Shown here in pieces: positions 10,218 through 19,028 of a stretch of 64,000 nt of DNA (the stretch's first letter is position 1; the number at the start of each line of letters is the position of its first letter). The DNA lies in contig CAJOMC010000012.1 in assembly GCA_905235635.1 (NCBI GenBank), forward strand, positions 59 to 64,058, read 5' to 3'. The notes under the pieces were generated by a model. The model saw nothing but the letters and a program-made list of their open reading frames with translations, did not search any database and was not told the DNA's origin. Both the position numbers and the translations under genes were made by a program. Source of the DNA: an uncultured Bacilli bacterium (lineage in GTDB: Bacteria; Bacillota_I; Bacilli_A; Izemoplasmatales; UBA1188).

Positions 10218-10601
10218 ATGAAAGTCGTACATATTTATTCAATTTATTCAACACTACATAATAAAGAGTTTATGGATAGTAATACAAGTGAATTGTTAAA
10301 TTCTCTTAAAACTATCACAAACTATGAATATAAAGTGGTGCCTTTTAATGAACTTTATCAAGCGGATTTATCTTTAATACTTGTATCAACTGGTGGTAGC
10401 GAAGCATATTTTAAAGAAATAGAGAGTAAGGTTATGGAGCCTATCATCCTATTAACATTTGGAAATGATAATTCTCTTGCGGCGTCTCTTGAAATCTTAG
10501 CATATATCCAAAGAAAGAATATGAAAGGTGAAATTCTTCATGGTTCAAAAGAATATATCGCAAAAAGAATTATGAATCTTATGGAGGATAAAGATGACTA
10601 G
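10218..10601 (+). CDS. Hypothetical protein, resembling the N-terminal domain of L-fucose/L-arabinose isomerase-like (COG2407-type) proteins
   Basis: 127 aa. LILVSTGGSE..ILLTFGNDNSLAASLEIL pattern. Overlaps the next ORF by 8 nt (ATGACTAG). Assignment is from memory of the family only. Confidence 0.45.
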   Translation: MKVVHIYSIYSTLHNKEFMDSNTSELLNSLKTITNYEYKVVPFNELYQADLSLILVSTGGSEAYFKEIESKVMEPIILLTFGNDNSLAASLEILAYIQRKNMKGEILHGSKEYIAKRIMNLMEDKDD

Positions 10602-11415
10602 ACTAGGTGTAATAGGAAAGCCATCTGATTGGCTTATTTCATCTGATGTTGATTATAAAAAAGCTAAAGAAATATTTGGAATTGAATTAATTGACATAGA
10701 TATTAGCGAGTTAATTGATGGAATAAATTCAAATACGTGTGCTTCATTTCCTAATAAATTCCAAAATTTATTCGATAAAGCAGAAATTGATAAAGCGTAC
10801 CTAATATTTAAGGAATTAATTAAAATTAAGGATAATTATATGCTAGACGGATTAACTGTAAGATGTTTTGACCTACTTGATACAGTACACTCTACATCTT
10901 GTCTAGCCTTCTCTATTTTAAATAGTAATGGGATTACCGCAACATGTGAAGGCGATATTCCTTCAATGATTTCTATGGATCTTATAAGGAAAGTAATAAA
11001 TAAGGAATCGTTCCAAGCTAATCCTTCAAGAATATATACTGATAAGAACGAAATTGTATTCGCACACTGTACACTTCCACTTTCTATGTCTGAGTCATAC
11101 AAATTTGATACTCACTTTGAATCAGGTATTGGAATAGGTATTAAAGGCGAGATGTTTTTAAAAGATGTGATAATCTTTAGAATATCACCTACTCTAGATA
11201 AATTTGTATTACTTAGGGGTCATATTAAAGAAAATCTACACGAAAAAAGACTGTGCAGAACGCAGATTGTAGTAGATATTGATAAGGAACATTCGGTTGA
11301 ATATTTCTTAAAGCGTCCTCTTGGAAATCATCATTTAATTGTTTATACAGATAATAATGACGCAAACGTTTTAAGGGATTATTTAATTAATGTTGGTTTA
11401 ACAGAAATTAAATAA
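10594..11415 (+). CDS. Hypothetical protein, resembling the catalytic/C-terminal part of sugar isomerase-like (COG2407-type) proteins
   Basis: 273 aa. RBS ggagga lies 5 nt upstream. RLGVIGKPSDW..FGIELIDIDISEL and TVRCFDLL..CLAFS..TATCEGDIP resemble FucI-like proteins. Weak, by-eye assignment. Confidence 0.45.
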   Translation: MTRLGVIGKPSDWLISSDVDYKKAKEIFGIELIDIDISELIDGINSNTCASFPNKFQNLFDKAEIDKAYLIFKELIKIKDNYMLDGLTVRCFDLLDTVHSTSCLAFSILNSNGITATCEGDIPSMISMDLIRKVINKESFQANPSRIYTDKNEIVFAHCTLPLSMSESYKFDTHFESGIGIGIKGEMFLKDVIIFRISPTLDKFVLLRGHIKENLHEKRLCRTQIVVDIDKEHSVEYFLKRPLGNHHLIVYTDNNDANVLRDYLINVGLTEIK

Positions 11416-11491
11416 TTGAAATACTTTAAAAACACTATTCAAATTAATTAAAAAGACTATAATTATAATGTTGTTTCAAAGGGGGATTTAT

Positions 11492-12682
11492 ATGGAAAGA
11501 CTTGTAGGTACTATTTCAAGAGGAATTAGACTTCCGATTATTAGAGAAGGAGATGACTTATATAAAATAGTAGTTGATTCAGTTTTAAATGCGGCAAATT
11601 CTGAAGGCTTTAGCCTAAGAGATAAAGATGTTATCGCAATAACTGAAAGTATTGTCGCAAGAGCGCAGGGAAACTATGCAAGTGTAGATGATATCGCACT
11701 TGATATAAAAGAAAAATTCCCTAGTGGTCATATTGGTGTAATCTTTCCTATTCTTTCAAGAAATAGATTCGCAATATGTCTAAGGGGTATTGCACGTGGC
11801 GCAAAGAAAATTACTCTAATGCTTTCATATCCATCTGATGAAGTAGGTAATGAGCTACTATCATATGAATTAATCGACGAAAAGGATGTTGATCCATATA
11901 AAGACGTTTTATCTTTAAAGGAATATAGAGATCTCTTTGGTGTAATTGTTCATCCATTCACTGGTGTCGATTATGTAGAATACTATAAATCACTTATTGA
12001 AGAGGAAGGATGTGAAGCTGAGGTTATCTTCGCAAATAATCCTCGTGCTATCCTAGATTATACAAAAGATGTACTTAATTGTGATATTCACACGCGAATT
12101 AGAACGAAAAGAATTTTAAAGAAAGCTGGTGTTAATACTATTTATTCATTAGATGATATCTTAAATCATTCTATTAATGGAAGTGGATACAACGAGAAAT
12201 ATGGCCTTCTTGGTTCAAATAAAGCTAGAGAAGATACAATCAAACTCTTCCCAAGAGATTCACAGGGTCTCGTTGAAGATATTCAAAAGATAATAAAAGA
12301 TAAAACCGGTAAAAACGTTGAAGTAATGATTTATGGAGATGGTGCCTTTAAAGACCCACAGGGCAAAATCTGGGAACTTGCCGATCCTGTAGTATCACCA
12401 TTTTATACAAGTGGCCTCGTTGGTACACCAAATGAACTAAAACTAAAATATCTAGCCGATAATGATTATAAAGATTTATCAGGTGATAAACTAAAAGATG
12501 CGATTAAAGAATCGATTAATAAAAAAGATGCTGACCTTAAAGGCAAAATGTCTAGTGAAGGTACAACACCACGTCAATTAACTGACTTAATTGGGTCGCT
12601 CTCAGATCTAACATCTGGTTCAGGAGATAAAGGTACACCAGTTATCTTAATCCAAGGATATTTTGATAATTATACTAATTAG
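11492..12682 (+). CDS. CofE-like (F420-0:gamma-glutamyl ligase family) protein, long form
   Basis: I chose the ATG at 11492, 6 nt after ggggg; the track start is 11468. ITESIVARAQGN and C-terminal GTTPRQLTDL..DLTSGSGDKGTPVILIQGY resemble the CofE family. Confidence 0.6.
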   Translation: MERLVGTISRGIRLPIIREGDDLYKIVVDSVLNAANSEGFSLRDKDVIAITESIVARAQGNYASVDDIALDIKEKFPSGHIGVIFPILSRNRFAICLRGIARGAKKITLMLSYPSDEVGNELLSYELIDEKDVDPYKDVLSLKEYRDLFGVIVHPFTGVDYVEYYKSLIEEEGCEAEVIFANNPRAILDYTKDVLNCDIHTRIRTKRILKKAGVNTIYSLDDILNHSINGSGYNEKYGLLGSNKAREDTIKLFPRDSQGLVEDIQKIIKDKTGKNVEVMIYGDGAFKDPQGKIWELADPVVSPFYTSGLVGTPNELKLKYLADNDYKDLSGDKLKDAIKESINKKDADLKGKMSSEGTTPRQLTDLIGSLSDLTSGSGDKGTPVILIQGYFDNYTN

Positions 12683-12686
12683 TAAG

Positions 12687-12719
12687 AAAATAGATGAAGC
12701 TTGATACTTCATCTATTTT
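12687..12719. terminator. Bidirectional terminator between the cofE-like gene and htpG
   Basis: Perfect 13-bp stem aaaatagatgaag / cttcatctatttt with loop cttgata, flanked by A/T runs. Overlaps the htpG stop codon. Confidence 0.7.
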
Positions 12720-14622
12720 ACTTTTTAAACGCTTTTATCATTAAAGAATTTAGTTTATTTACAAATTCTCTTTTATTTGATACTTCAAATCCTTCAAGGA
12801 GGAGTGCTTCATCATATAATACTGATGCATATTCTTTCACGAGTTCTGTATCTGATTCAATAGATGAGAATACGCTAAATAATTCATGATTAGGATTTAA
12901 TTCTAATACTTTAGTGGCTTTAATATCTTCATCAATAACTTTTTCTTCATTTAATGTCTTTTCCATTTCCATAGATAGGCCATTCTTAGTTGAAATACAT
13001 ACTGGTGATTCTACTAATTTATTAGAAATAACTACATCATCTACACTTTCCTTTAATGCTTCTTTTAATGTGTCGAGTAAAGTTTTATGGTCGCTTGATA
13101 GTTTTTCTAGCTTTTCTTTTTCATCATCTTTAAGTTCTAAAGAATCTTCACTAGCGATATTTTTAAATTCAACCTTTGAATAATCTCTCATCATTTGGAT
13201 GGTAAATTCGTCTATCTTTTTGTCAAGCAAGAGAACATCTATGCCAACGTTTCTGTACTTTTCAATCTGTGGGAGCATTTTGATTTGGTCAAGTGATTGG
13301 CCTGAAATATAGTAAATATATTTTTGATCTTCAGCTTTCTTTTCAATATATTCTTTTAAAGAAATGTATTTATCTTCCTTAAGTGAATTAAATATTAGGA
13401 TATCTGAGAGTAGTTCTTTCTTTTCACCATACGATTGATAAATACCATATTTAATATGTTCACCAAACTCTTTCCAGAATGTAAGGTATTTATTGAATTC
13501 TTCATCTTTAAGTTTCTTAAGTCTATCAATAATCTTCTTTTCAATATTATCTGCGATAGATTTAAGCATAGGTGTCTTCTGAAGCATCTCTCTTGATATA
13601 TTAAGATTAAATGAGTCTGAATCAACAAGTCCCTTCACGAACTTTAAATAATCCGGAATAAGTTCAGGACATTTTTCTTGAATAAATATTTCCTTACTAT
13701 AAAGTTGTAGTCCCTTCTCGTAGTTTTCACTATATAAATCAAATGGTTTATGAGATGGAATAAAAAGTAATGCTTTATAATCTACCTTGCCTTCAATGTT
13801 TAATTGAATAGATAGTAGTGGATCTATATAGTCATAGAACTTCATCTTATAGAATTCGTTTAGGTCATTATCGCTCACATCTTTCTTATTCTTTTTCCAA
13901 AGAGGCACCATACTATTAAGTGTTTCTTCTTCAAGATATGATTCCCATTCATCACTATCATCTTTCTTTCGTGACTTAGTAACCATCATTCTAATAGGAT
14001 ATCTAATATAGTCACTATATTTTCTTATTAACTCTTTAATAGTATATTCTTCTAGATAGTCACTGAATTTAACTTCTTCAGTATCATCTTTTAAAATAAG
14101 AGTAATCTCTGTGCCCGCATTATCTTTTGATGATTCTTCTATAGTGTAGGTAGATTCTCCGTTTGATTCAAATCTAAAGGCATCTCCCTCATCTGTCTTA
14201 GTTTCAACAATAATGTTTTTCGAAACCATAAACGCACTATAGAATCCAACACCAAATTGACCAATAATATCTATATCGCCATACTTTTTATCCTTAGCTT
14301 CTTTAAATTTCTTAACGAAGTCTTTAGAACCTGATCTTGCGATAGTACCAAGATTATTTATTAAATCTTCTTTAGTCATACCGATACCATTATCAATAAT
14401 AGTAATAGTTTTATTCTCTTTAGATGGTACTATTTTAATTTCATATTCTCTAATAGGGATTAAGCCATTACTATTTAGGGCTTGGTATTTCTCTTTATCT
14501 ATCGCATCTGATGCGTTAGATACAAGTTCCCTTAAAAATACTTCATTGTTTGAATAAATAGAATTAATCATTAAGGAAAGTAGTTCTTTACTTTCAGCTT
14601 CAAATTGTTTAGTTTCTTTCAT
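12718..14622 (-). CDS. htpG: Molecular chaperone HtpG (Hsp90)
   Basis: 634 aa. FEAESKELLSLMINSIYSNNEVFLRELVSNASDAIDK and GQFGVGFYSAFMV. Confidence 0.95.
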   Translation of the reverse strand: MKETKQFEAESKELLSLMINSIYSNNEVFLRELVSNASDAIDKEKYQALNSNGLIPIREYEIKIVPSKENKTITIIDNGIGMTKEDLINNLGTIARSGSKDFVKKFKEAKDKKYGDIDIIGQFGVGFYSAFMVSKNIIVETKTDEGDAFRFESNGESTYTIEESSKDNAGTEITLILKDDTEEVKFSDYLEEYTIKELIRKYSDYIRYPIRMMVTKSRKKDDSDEWESYLEEETLNSMVPLWKKNKKDVSDNDLNEFYKMKFYDYIDPLLSIQLNIEGKVDYKALLFIPSHKPFDLYSENYEKGLQLYSKEIFIQEKCPELIPDYLKFVKGLVDSDSFNLNISREMLQKTPMLKSIADNIEKKIIDRLKKLKDEEFNKYLTFWKEFGEHIKYGIYQSYGEKKELLSDILIFNSLKEDKYISLKEYIEKKAEDQKYIYYISGQSLDQIKMLPQIEKYRNVGIDVLLLDKKIDEFTIQMMRDYSKVEFKNIASEDSLELKDDEKEKLEKLSSDHKTLLDTLKEALKESVDDVVISNKLVESPVCISTKNGLSMEMEKTLNEEKVIDEDIKATKVLELNPNHELFSVFSSIESDTELVKEYASVLYDEALLLEGFEVSNKREFVNKLNSLMIKAFKK

Positions 14623-14703
14623 TTTTTAAATCCTCTAATCTATTTTAATACAATATAGTAATGTTGGTTAATTTAATATCAAAAAGTCACACAATTATAA
14701 CAT

Positions 14704-15309
14704 TTAAATATGTTCTATTAGCCATATGGTTTTATCCGTAAATCCACACTTTAAATATAAACCTAGTGGGTTACATGGATTATTCATATCACCAGATACA
14801 GTTACAAAAGACGCCTTATCTTTTAATCTATAAAGTGCCTCTTTTACTAGGTATTCACCAAGGCCTTTTCCTCTATATTCTTTAGATACTTGAATCCAGT
14901 CAATAATACCTTCATTAATGTTTTTATCAAGTAAAGCTATACATGTCGCAACTATTTCATTTGTGATATTGTCTTTTAACGCAATACATAGGTCTTTATC
15001 AAATACTTTATATTTATCATATTCTTTAAAGTAATCTTCGGCAATAGAAATCCTATCGTAGCAGGTATTGATATGCTTAATATATTCTTCTACAGATATA
15101 TCTGTGAGGCTAAATCCATCTGGCAATATAGGTTTTGAAATATCTTTAAGAAAGTGGACTAACTTAAAGAAGTATTTATTTAAAGTGGCATCATTAGTCT
15201 CATCAACAATAGATATATTTAAGCCAGGAGTATTCTCATATAAAACCGTTTTAAAGTACGATAGGCTAGATGCTTTTGTGGGGTTCTTTATATATGTTTC
15301 TTTATTCAT
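14704..15309 (-). CDS. GNAT family N-acetyltransferase
   Basis: 201 aa. Acetyl-CoA motif VSKEYRGKGLGEYLVKEAL. Confidence 0.75.
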   Translation of the reverse strand: MNKETYIKNPTKASSLSYFKTVLYENTPGLNISIVDETNDATLNKYFFKLVHFLKDISKPILPDGFSLTDISVEEYIKHINTCYDRISIAEDYFKEYDKYKVFDKDLCIALKDNITNEIVATCIALLDKNINEGIIDWIQVSKEYRGKGLGEYLVKEALYRLKDKASFVTVSGDMNNPCNPLGLYLKCGFTDKTIWLIEHI

Positions 15310-15344
15310 AATCTATTATTTAAACCAACGTATTTAATTATTCT

Positions 15345-15905
15345 CTATTGTTCATCTATAACTCTTACACTATTTGGCATTTTATCTATAGTGATTATTA
15401 CATTATATTTCTCTTTAGAAAACAAAAATCTTTTTTCTTCATTTTTTTTGATTTTCACTCTGTAACATGGGTCCATAAAAGACCTGTATGTGCCATTATT
15501 TAACTCACTACTTGTAGAATAGACAAACTTTTGTTTATCAGAAGTAAAATCATATTTATTGTCAATCTCTTTATATACATAATCAGGAAGCATCTCTGCG
15601 ACTAATCCTTTTTGGTAATATGTACCTACATAATAATAATTACCACTTGCGAGATATTCATAAATAGATCTTATATATGATTCATATATAGAATCATCTA
15701 AATATACGTATAAAGTATTATTATATGTCGAATAGTGTTCTATATCTGGCATAGGGAATGATTCACTAAGCCCATATGAAGAAAGAACATCTTGAGAAAA
15801 TGAAGAATTATTTAATCTAACTCTTCCACAAGATGATAGTGATAACACTAATAATATTAAACAAATTGATGATAGTATATTACTAATTATCCTTTTTTCT
15901 TTCAA
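15345..15905 (-). CDS. Putative lipoprotein
   Basis: 186 aa. Signal peptide plus lipobox LLVLSLSSCG. Apparent TTG start with no clear RBS. Confidence 0.6.
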   Translation of the reverse strand: MKEKRIISNILSSICLILLVLSLSSCGRVRLNNSSFSQDVLSSYGLSESFPMPDIEHYSTYNNTLYVYLDDSIYESYIRSIYEYLASGNYYYVGTYYQKGLVAEMLPDYVYKEIDNKYDFTSDKQKFVYSTSSELNNGTYRSFMDPCYRVKIKKNEEKRFLFSKEKYNVIITIDKMPNSVRVIDEQ

Positions 15906-15963
15906 ACATATTATTTATATAACTCTATATACATTATTATAAAACACTTTTAGTTCATATAGT

Positions 15964-15990
15964 AAAAAAGTGCTGCACCATGCAGCACTT
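15964..15990 (-). terminator. Rho-independent terminator after the 67-aa ORF
   Basis: Stem aagtgctgca / tgcagcactt with loop cca. T-run on the minus strand (A-run 15964-15969). Confidence 0.75.
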
Positions 15991-16004
15991 TAATTCAAGT
16001 TGAA

Positions 16005-16208
16005 CTAATTTGACATTAGATTAATGAAGAATCTGTTGTCATTGTCTGAGACAAGTTCATGGCCATTAATGCCATCGTATTCTTCTTGAATCTGAATTGA
16101 ATAAGTATTGAGCAAGCTAGAGATATACCTATAAGCAACCTTCAAAGAAGAAAAACGTTTTGTCTTAGAACTTAGTTCTCCGTTGATAATGTAATCAACT
16201 GAATACAT
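16005..16208 (-). CDS. Small hypothetical protein (67 aa)
   Basis: RBS ggagg lies 7 nt upstream of the ATG, and the ORF has its own terminator. No recognisable motif. Confidence 0.5.
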   Translation of the reverse strand: MYSVDYIINGELSSKTKRFSSLKVAYRYISSLLNTYSIQIQEEYDGINGHELVSDNDNRFFINLMSN

Positions 16209-16304
16209 AAGTTTTCCTCCTTTTTTATATTTATTCGCCCTAACGTCATTCGTTAGGGAATTATATTATAACCCAAGAAATTATATAGTCAATAGTGTTT
16301 TATA

Positions 16305-17018
16305 CTATAATCCCATTTTTCTTAATATATTGGATATAGATTTATAGAATGGAAGTAAAATACCTATATTTATAGCTCCAGTTAATAGATTAAATGGAAG
16401 TACTGCGCCAAATAAATATATAGTTATTATATTTTCTTTGGTAATACTTTCATTCCATCCCTTAAGCATATTCACAAATCCATCAATATTACCTTTAAAA
16501 TAGAAATTTAAATAGAATGGGAATGAGATAAACCAGTTTATAAAGAAATATGATATAACCCAGGTGGCATAAGATACTATTAAACCTATAATACCACCTC
16601 TTTTAGTGTGATTATAGTAATAGATTAATGATCCTGAAAGCATAATAATGATTGATGCGAGTAAGTCAGTTAGTTCACCCACATATGCAGTAGATGATTC
16701 TATCATAAGCATTTTAAATAGTATAGTTCCAAGTACTATAATTACACCACCAATTGGTCCTGTTAGGTATGAGCCAAGAATTATCCACAAATTATGAAAC
16801 TTTATTTCAAGAAAGCTTGGGAATATAGGTAATGGTATTTTAATAAAGGAATAGAACACAAAAGATAGTGCCATAAACATGGATACTCTTGTGATAAACC
16901 TTATTCTTCCTCTTGAAGTCTTAAACTGATATTTAAGACTTAGTTTATTGACCGGAACCTCATTTAATTCATCTTCTTCTTCAATATAGATATCATCTTC
17001 TATCATATCTTTAGCCAT
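16305..17018 (-). CDS. ribU: Riboflavin transporter, ECF S-component (RibU/FmnP-like)
   Basis: Polytopic membrane protein. I chose the ATG at 17018 with ggagg at 17030-17034; the track GTG is at 17036. An FMN riboswitch lies directly upstream. Confidence 0.8.
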   Translation of the reverse strand: MAKDMIEDDIYIEEEDELNEVPVNKLSLKYQFKTSRGRIRFITRVSMFMALSFVFYSFIKIPLPIFPSFLEIKFHNLWIILGSYLTGPIGGVIIVLGTILFKMLMIESSTAYVGELTDLLASIIIMLSGSLIYYYNHTKRGGIIGLIVSYATWVISYFFINWFISFPFYLNFYFKGNIDGFVNMLKGWNESITKENIITIYLFGAVLPFNLLTGAINIGILLPFYKSISNILRKMGL

Positions 17019-17042
17019 TTTATATTTTTCCTCCACTACATA

Positions 17043-17075
17043 TAAAAAATGATTGCATAACTTTAGGGCGCAATC
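17043..17075 (-). terminator. Intrinsic terminator, expression platform of the FMN riboswitch
   Basis: The minus strand reads gattgcgccctaaagttatgcaatc followed by atttttt, immediately 3' of the aptamer and 5' of the ribU RBS. Confidence 0.7.
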
Positions 17076-17089
17076 ATCTTAAAAGAATA

Positions 17090-17194
17090 CTTCTTTCATC
17101 CAGACTATACTGTTGGCTTAGGAATTTAACCTAATCATGCCTTTATGGCGCGCGGGCTATACCGCCAGTTTGAGAATTGCACTCATCCCTGAAG
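17090..17194 (-). promoter_or_regulatory. FMN riboswitch (RFN element) aptamer
   Basis: The minus strand reads cttcagggatgagtgcaattctcaaactggcggtatagcccgcgcgcc...gattaggttaaattcctaagccaacagtatagtctggatgaaagaag. This matches the conserved RFN blocks of B. subtilis ribD (GGUG.AAUUCC, ACCGGCGGUA.AGCCCGCG, AAAUUCC.AAGCCGACAGU.AAGUCUGGAUG.GAGAAG). Confidence 0.9.
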
Positions 17195-17204
17195 TTACTA
17201 TTGT

Positions 17205-17233
17205 ATTTTATTATTATAAGCTAAAAATGTCAA
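17205..17233 (-). promoter_or_regulatory. Sigma-A-type promoter for the riboswitch-ribU transcript
   Basis: The minus strand reads TTGACA (17228-17233), a 17-nt spacer, then TAAAAT (17205-17210), about 10 nt upstream of the aptamer. Confidence 0.6.
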
Positions 17234-17382
17234 TCACTCTATAGTTGTTTAACTTGCCAATTCTTATTTTAACTTACGTATTTTATTGTTTTCTCGAATT
17301 TAGTCTGATATATTTATCACACCAATAATGCATAGTAAACTTTTCTAATTGTTTTAATATTCCAAATGAATGAGAATATTAA

Positions 17383-17904
17383 TTATATTAGAATATAACA
17401 GCGAAAACCACGAACAGAATAATAGGAATCTGCTCCGTTATGGAAGGTAAATACTCGAGAATATCTACGTTCACAAAAAATCGCACCTCCCTTGTTTCTA
17501 ATATCACAAGGTGTCTTTACCCATGAGGAAGTCTTTAGATCAAATTCACCCAACTGCTGTAATTGATAATAAAGTTCCTCTGTCATCAAAGAAGCACCAA
17601 TTTCTTTAGCCATGCTTATAGCGCTTCCTTTTGGGGGATTATTTTTACGCTTCTCTAGAGCCTCTTCATCATAGCAGAGACCCCTGCGACCACTCGGTGT
17701 CTCTATAGAGCAATCGCAGTATATTAGTTTACCTGTATCTTTTTCATAGCCAATGGTATCTACTTCTCCGCCAGTTTCTTCCATTCTCTTTAGCACATCT
17801 AACACCCAGGGATTATTTAACAAACGGGCCTCGACATCATCCCATTTAACATCTGGATGTAATTGTTTATTTTTAAAAAATCTCCCCTTTAAAATTTCTA
17901 ACAT
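17383..17904 (-). CDS. DUF4256 family protein
   Basis: 173 aa. ETGGEVD..YCDCS.E.P.GRR..CYD.EA...RK, DLKTSSWVKTP.DIR..GGA.FC.RRY and FHNGA.SYY..RGFR match my recollection of DUF4256. RBS ggagg. Visibly more GC-rich than its neighbours. Confidence 0.7.
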   Translation of the reverse strand: MLEILKGRFFKNKQLHPDVKWDDVEARLLNNPWVLDVLKRMEETGGEVDTIGYEKDTGKLIYCDCSIETPSGRRGLCYDEEALEKRKNNPPKGSAISMAKEIGASLMTEELYYQLQQLGEFDLKTSSWVKTPCDIRNKGGAIFCERRYSRVFTFHNGADSYYSVRGFRCYILI

Positions 17905-18099
17905 ATTAATTCCTCCAAGTTACACTTTTCTTTTCTAAATTAATCTACATATCAAAATACACTTGCAGTAAATACTAAACTAAGAACGCCATATTTATTG
18001 ATTATCCTATATTTTACTATAAACTATTTAGCAAGAAATATTTTATGTAATCTTTTATATTTTAACATGACTAAAATCTTACGTATATTCCGACAAGTT

Positions 18100-18340
18100 G
18101 TTTGTCATCTATATCTTTTCTTATAGTTCCCTATATTTCTGGGGTATCTTGTCATTCGTCAATCAATCCTGACCGTTCAACATTTAGAAGAGTTTCTAGA
18201 TTAAATCTTGCGATATATTTAACAATTCTTTATCAACATCTTTTTTGTAAAAAATTTGCATTTTACTTTGGACGATGCAGCCATAGTTTTCCCACACCAT
18301 TTTTGGGCCAACAATACTAGCAGCACTGAGAGCATATAAC
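18100..18340 (-). pseudogene. Decayed ORF fragments of unknown family
   Basis: Protein-like stretches on the minus strand (..AASIVGPKMVWENYGCIVQSKMQIFYKKDVDKELLNISQDLI*, NLETLLNVERSGLIDE*QDTPEI*GTIRKDIDDKQLVGIYVRF*) are broken by stops and frame changes. GC is higher than background. Confidence 0.3.
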
Positions 18341-18525
18341 TTTAAATTAAATAATTTGTCAGCAAACCAACAGCTTCAACATGGGTGCAGTTGTAATAAG
18401 TGCTGATAAAACCCTATTTTTTAGGGTGTGCGACTATTGCAGTGCTGACAAAGACAGACTTTTTTATTAATTCATTAAATCATGTTGTCCATAATTAATA
18501 ATTTAAAACAGTTCATGAATTTAAT

Positions 18526-18801
18526 TTATTTATCAAATACTATCGATTCAACTCTTCCATTTCCAACAATTTTTCTGCCCTCTCTTATTGTAAACAAAAC
18601 TCCAGGAATAAGATTTTCATACATATCAGGATTATATAATGAACGTATGATTGCCTTATCTTCTTTATCGAATTCTTTTAATTTTGAAGTTTCAAATTCA
18701 ATTCCTAAATACTCGTTATCACCATTTATAACGATATGGGGCCTGTATATTCCCGAATTTAAATTAGGAAATTTCTCCCTCTTTTTGAAATCAAAAGCCA
18801 T
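18526..18801 (-). CDS. Standalone EF-Tu domain III-like small protein
   Basis: 91 aa. GIYRPHIVINGDNEYLGIEF aligns with EF-Tu GYRPQFYFRTTDVTGTIEL. VLFTIREGRKIVGNGRVESI aligns with [20 protein letters not shown]. Weak RBS. Its start overlaps the stop of the upstream wHTH relic. Confidence 0.55.
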   Translation of the reverse strand: MAFDFKKREKFPNLNSGIYRPHIVINGDNEYLGIEFETSKLKEFDKEDKAIIRSLYNPDMYENLIPGVLFTIREGRKIVGNGRVESIVFDK

Positions 18802-18968
18802 AATTATTCACAATCTCCCAATAACCTGTTTTTCTTGAACCAACTCTTCTTATATAACCTTTAGATACTAATGAATCAATATATCTATGAATTGTAGGTT
18901 CTGATTTATTTATTTTAATAGCCTAGTTCTGGAATAGTAATATATTTATTCTTATATATTTCATTTAT
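18791..18968 (-). pseudogene. Relic 3' end of a winged-helix DNA-binding protein gene
   Basis: The minus strand reads INEIYKNKYITIPEL, then a 1-nt frameshift plus a TAG at 18923-18925, then AIKINKSEPTIHRYIDSLVSKGYIRRVGSRKTGYWEIVNNYGF*. There is no start codon. The stop at 18791-18793 overlaps the next ORF by 11 nt. Confidence 0.5.
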
Positions 18969-19028
18969 TTATTGACTTATCGATGTTATTTATCTTATCA
19001 TTTATCTTATCATTTTAAAAATTTATAT

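Noticed and set aside
16238-16258. Hairpin ccctaacg/cgttaggg between ribU and the 67-aa ORF as a terminator
   Set aside because: No U-run follows it on either strand. It may be a processing or stability element, but I cannot support a call.
18482-18838. 118-aa plus-strand ORF overlapping the EF-Tu-D3-like ORF
   Set aside because: Its translation is low-complexity and has no motif. The minus-strand frame carries the EF-Tu-like similarity and continues the wHTH relic arrangement.
18960-19020. Short tandem tttatcttatca x2 and A/T-rich direct repeats
   Set aside because: This is low-complexity AT-rich sequence within a decayed region. Two copies of a 12-mer are not distinguishable from chance in this composition.
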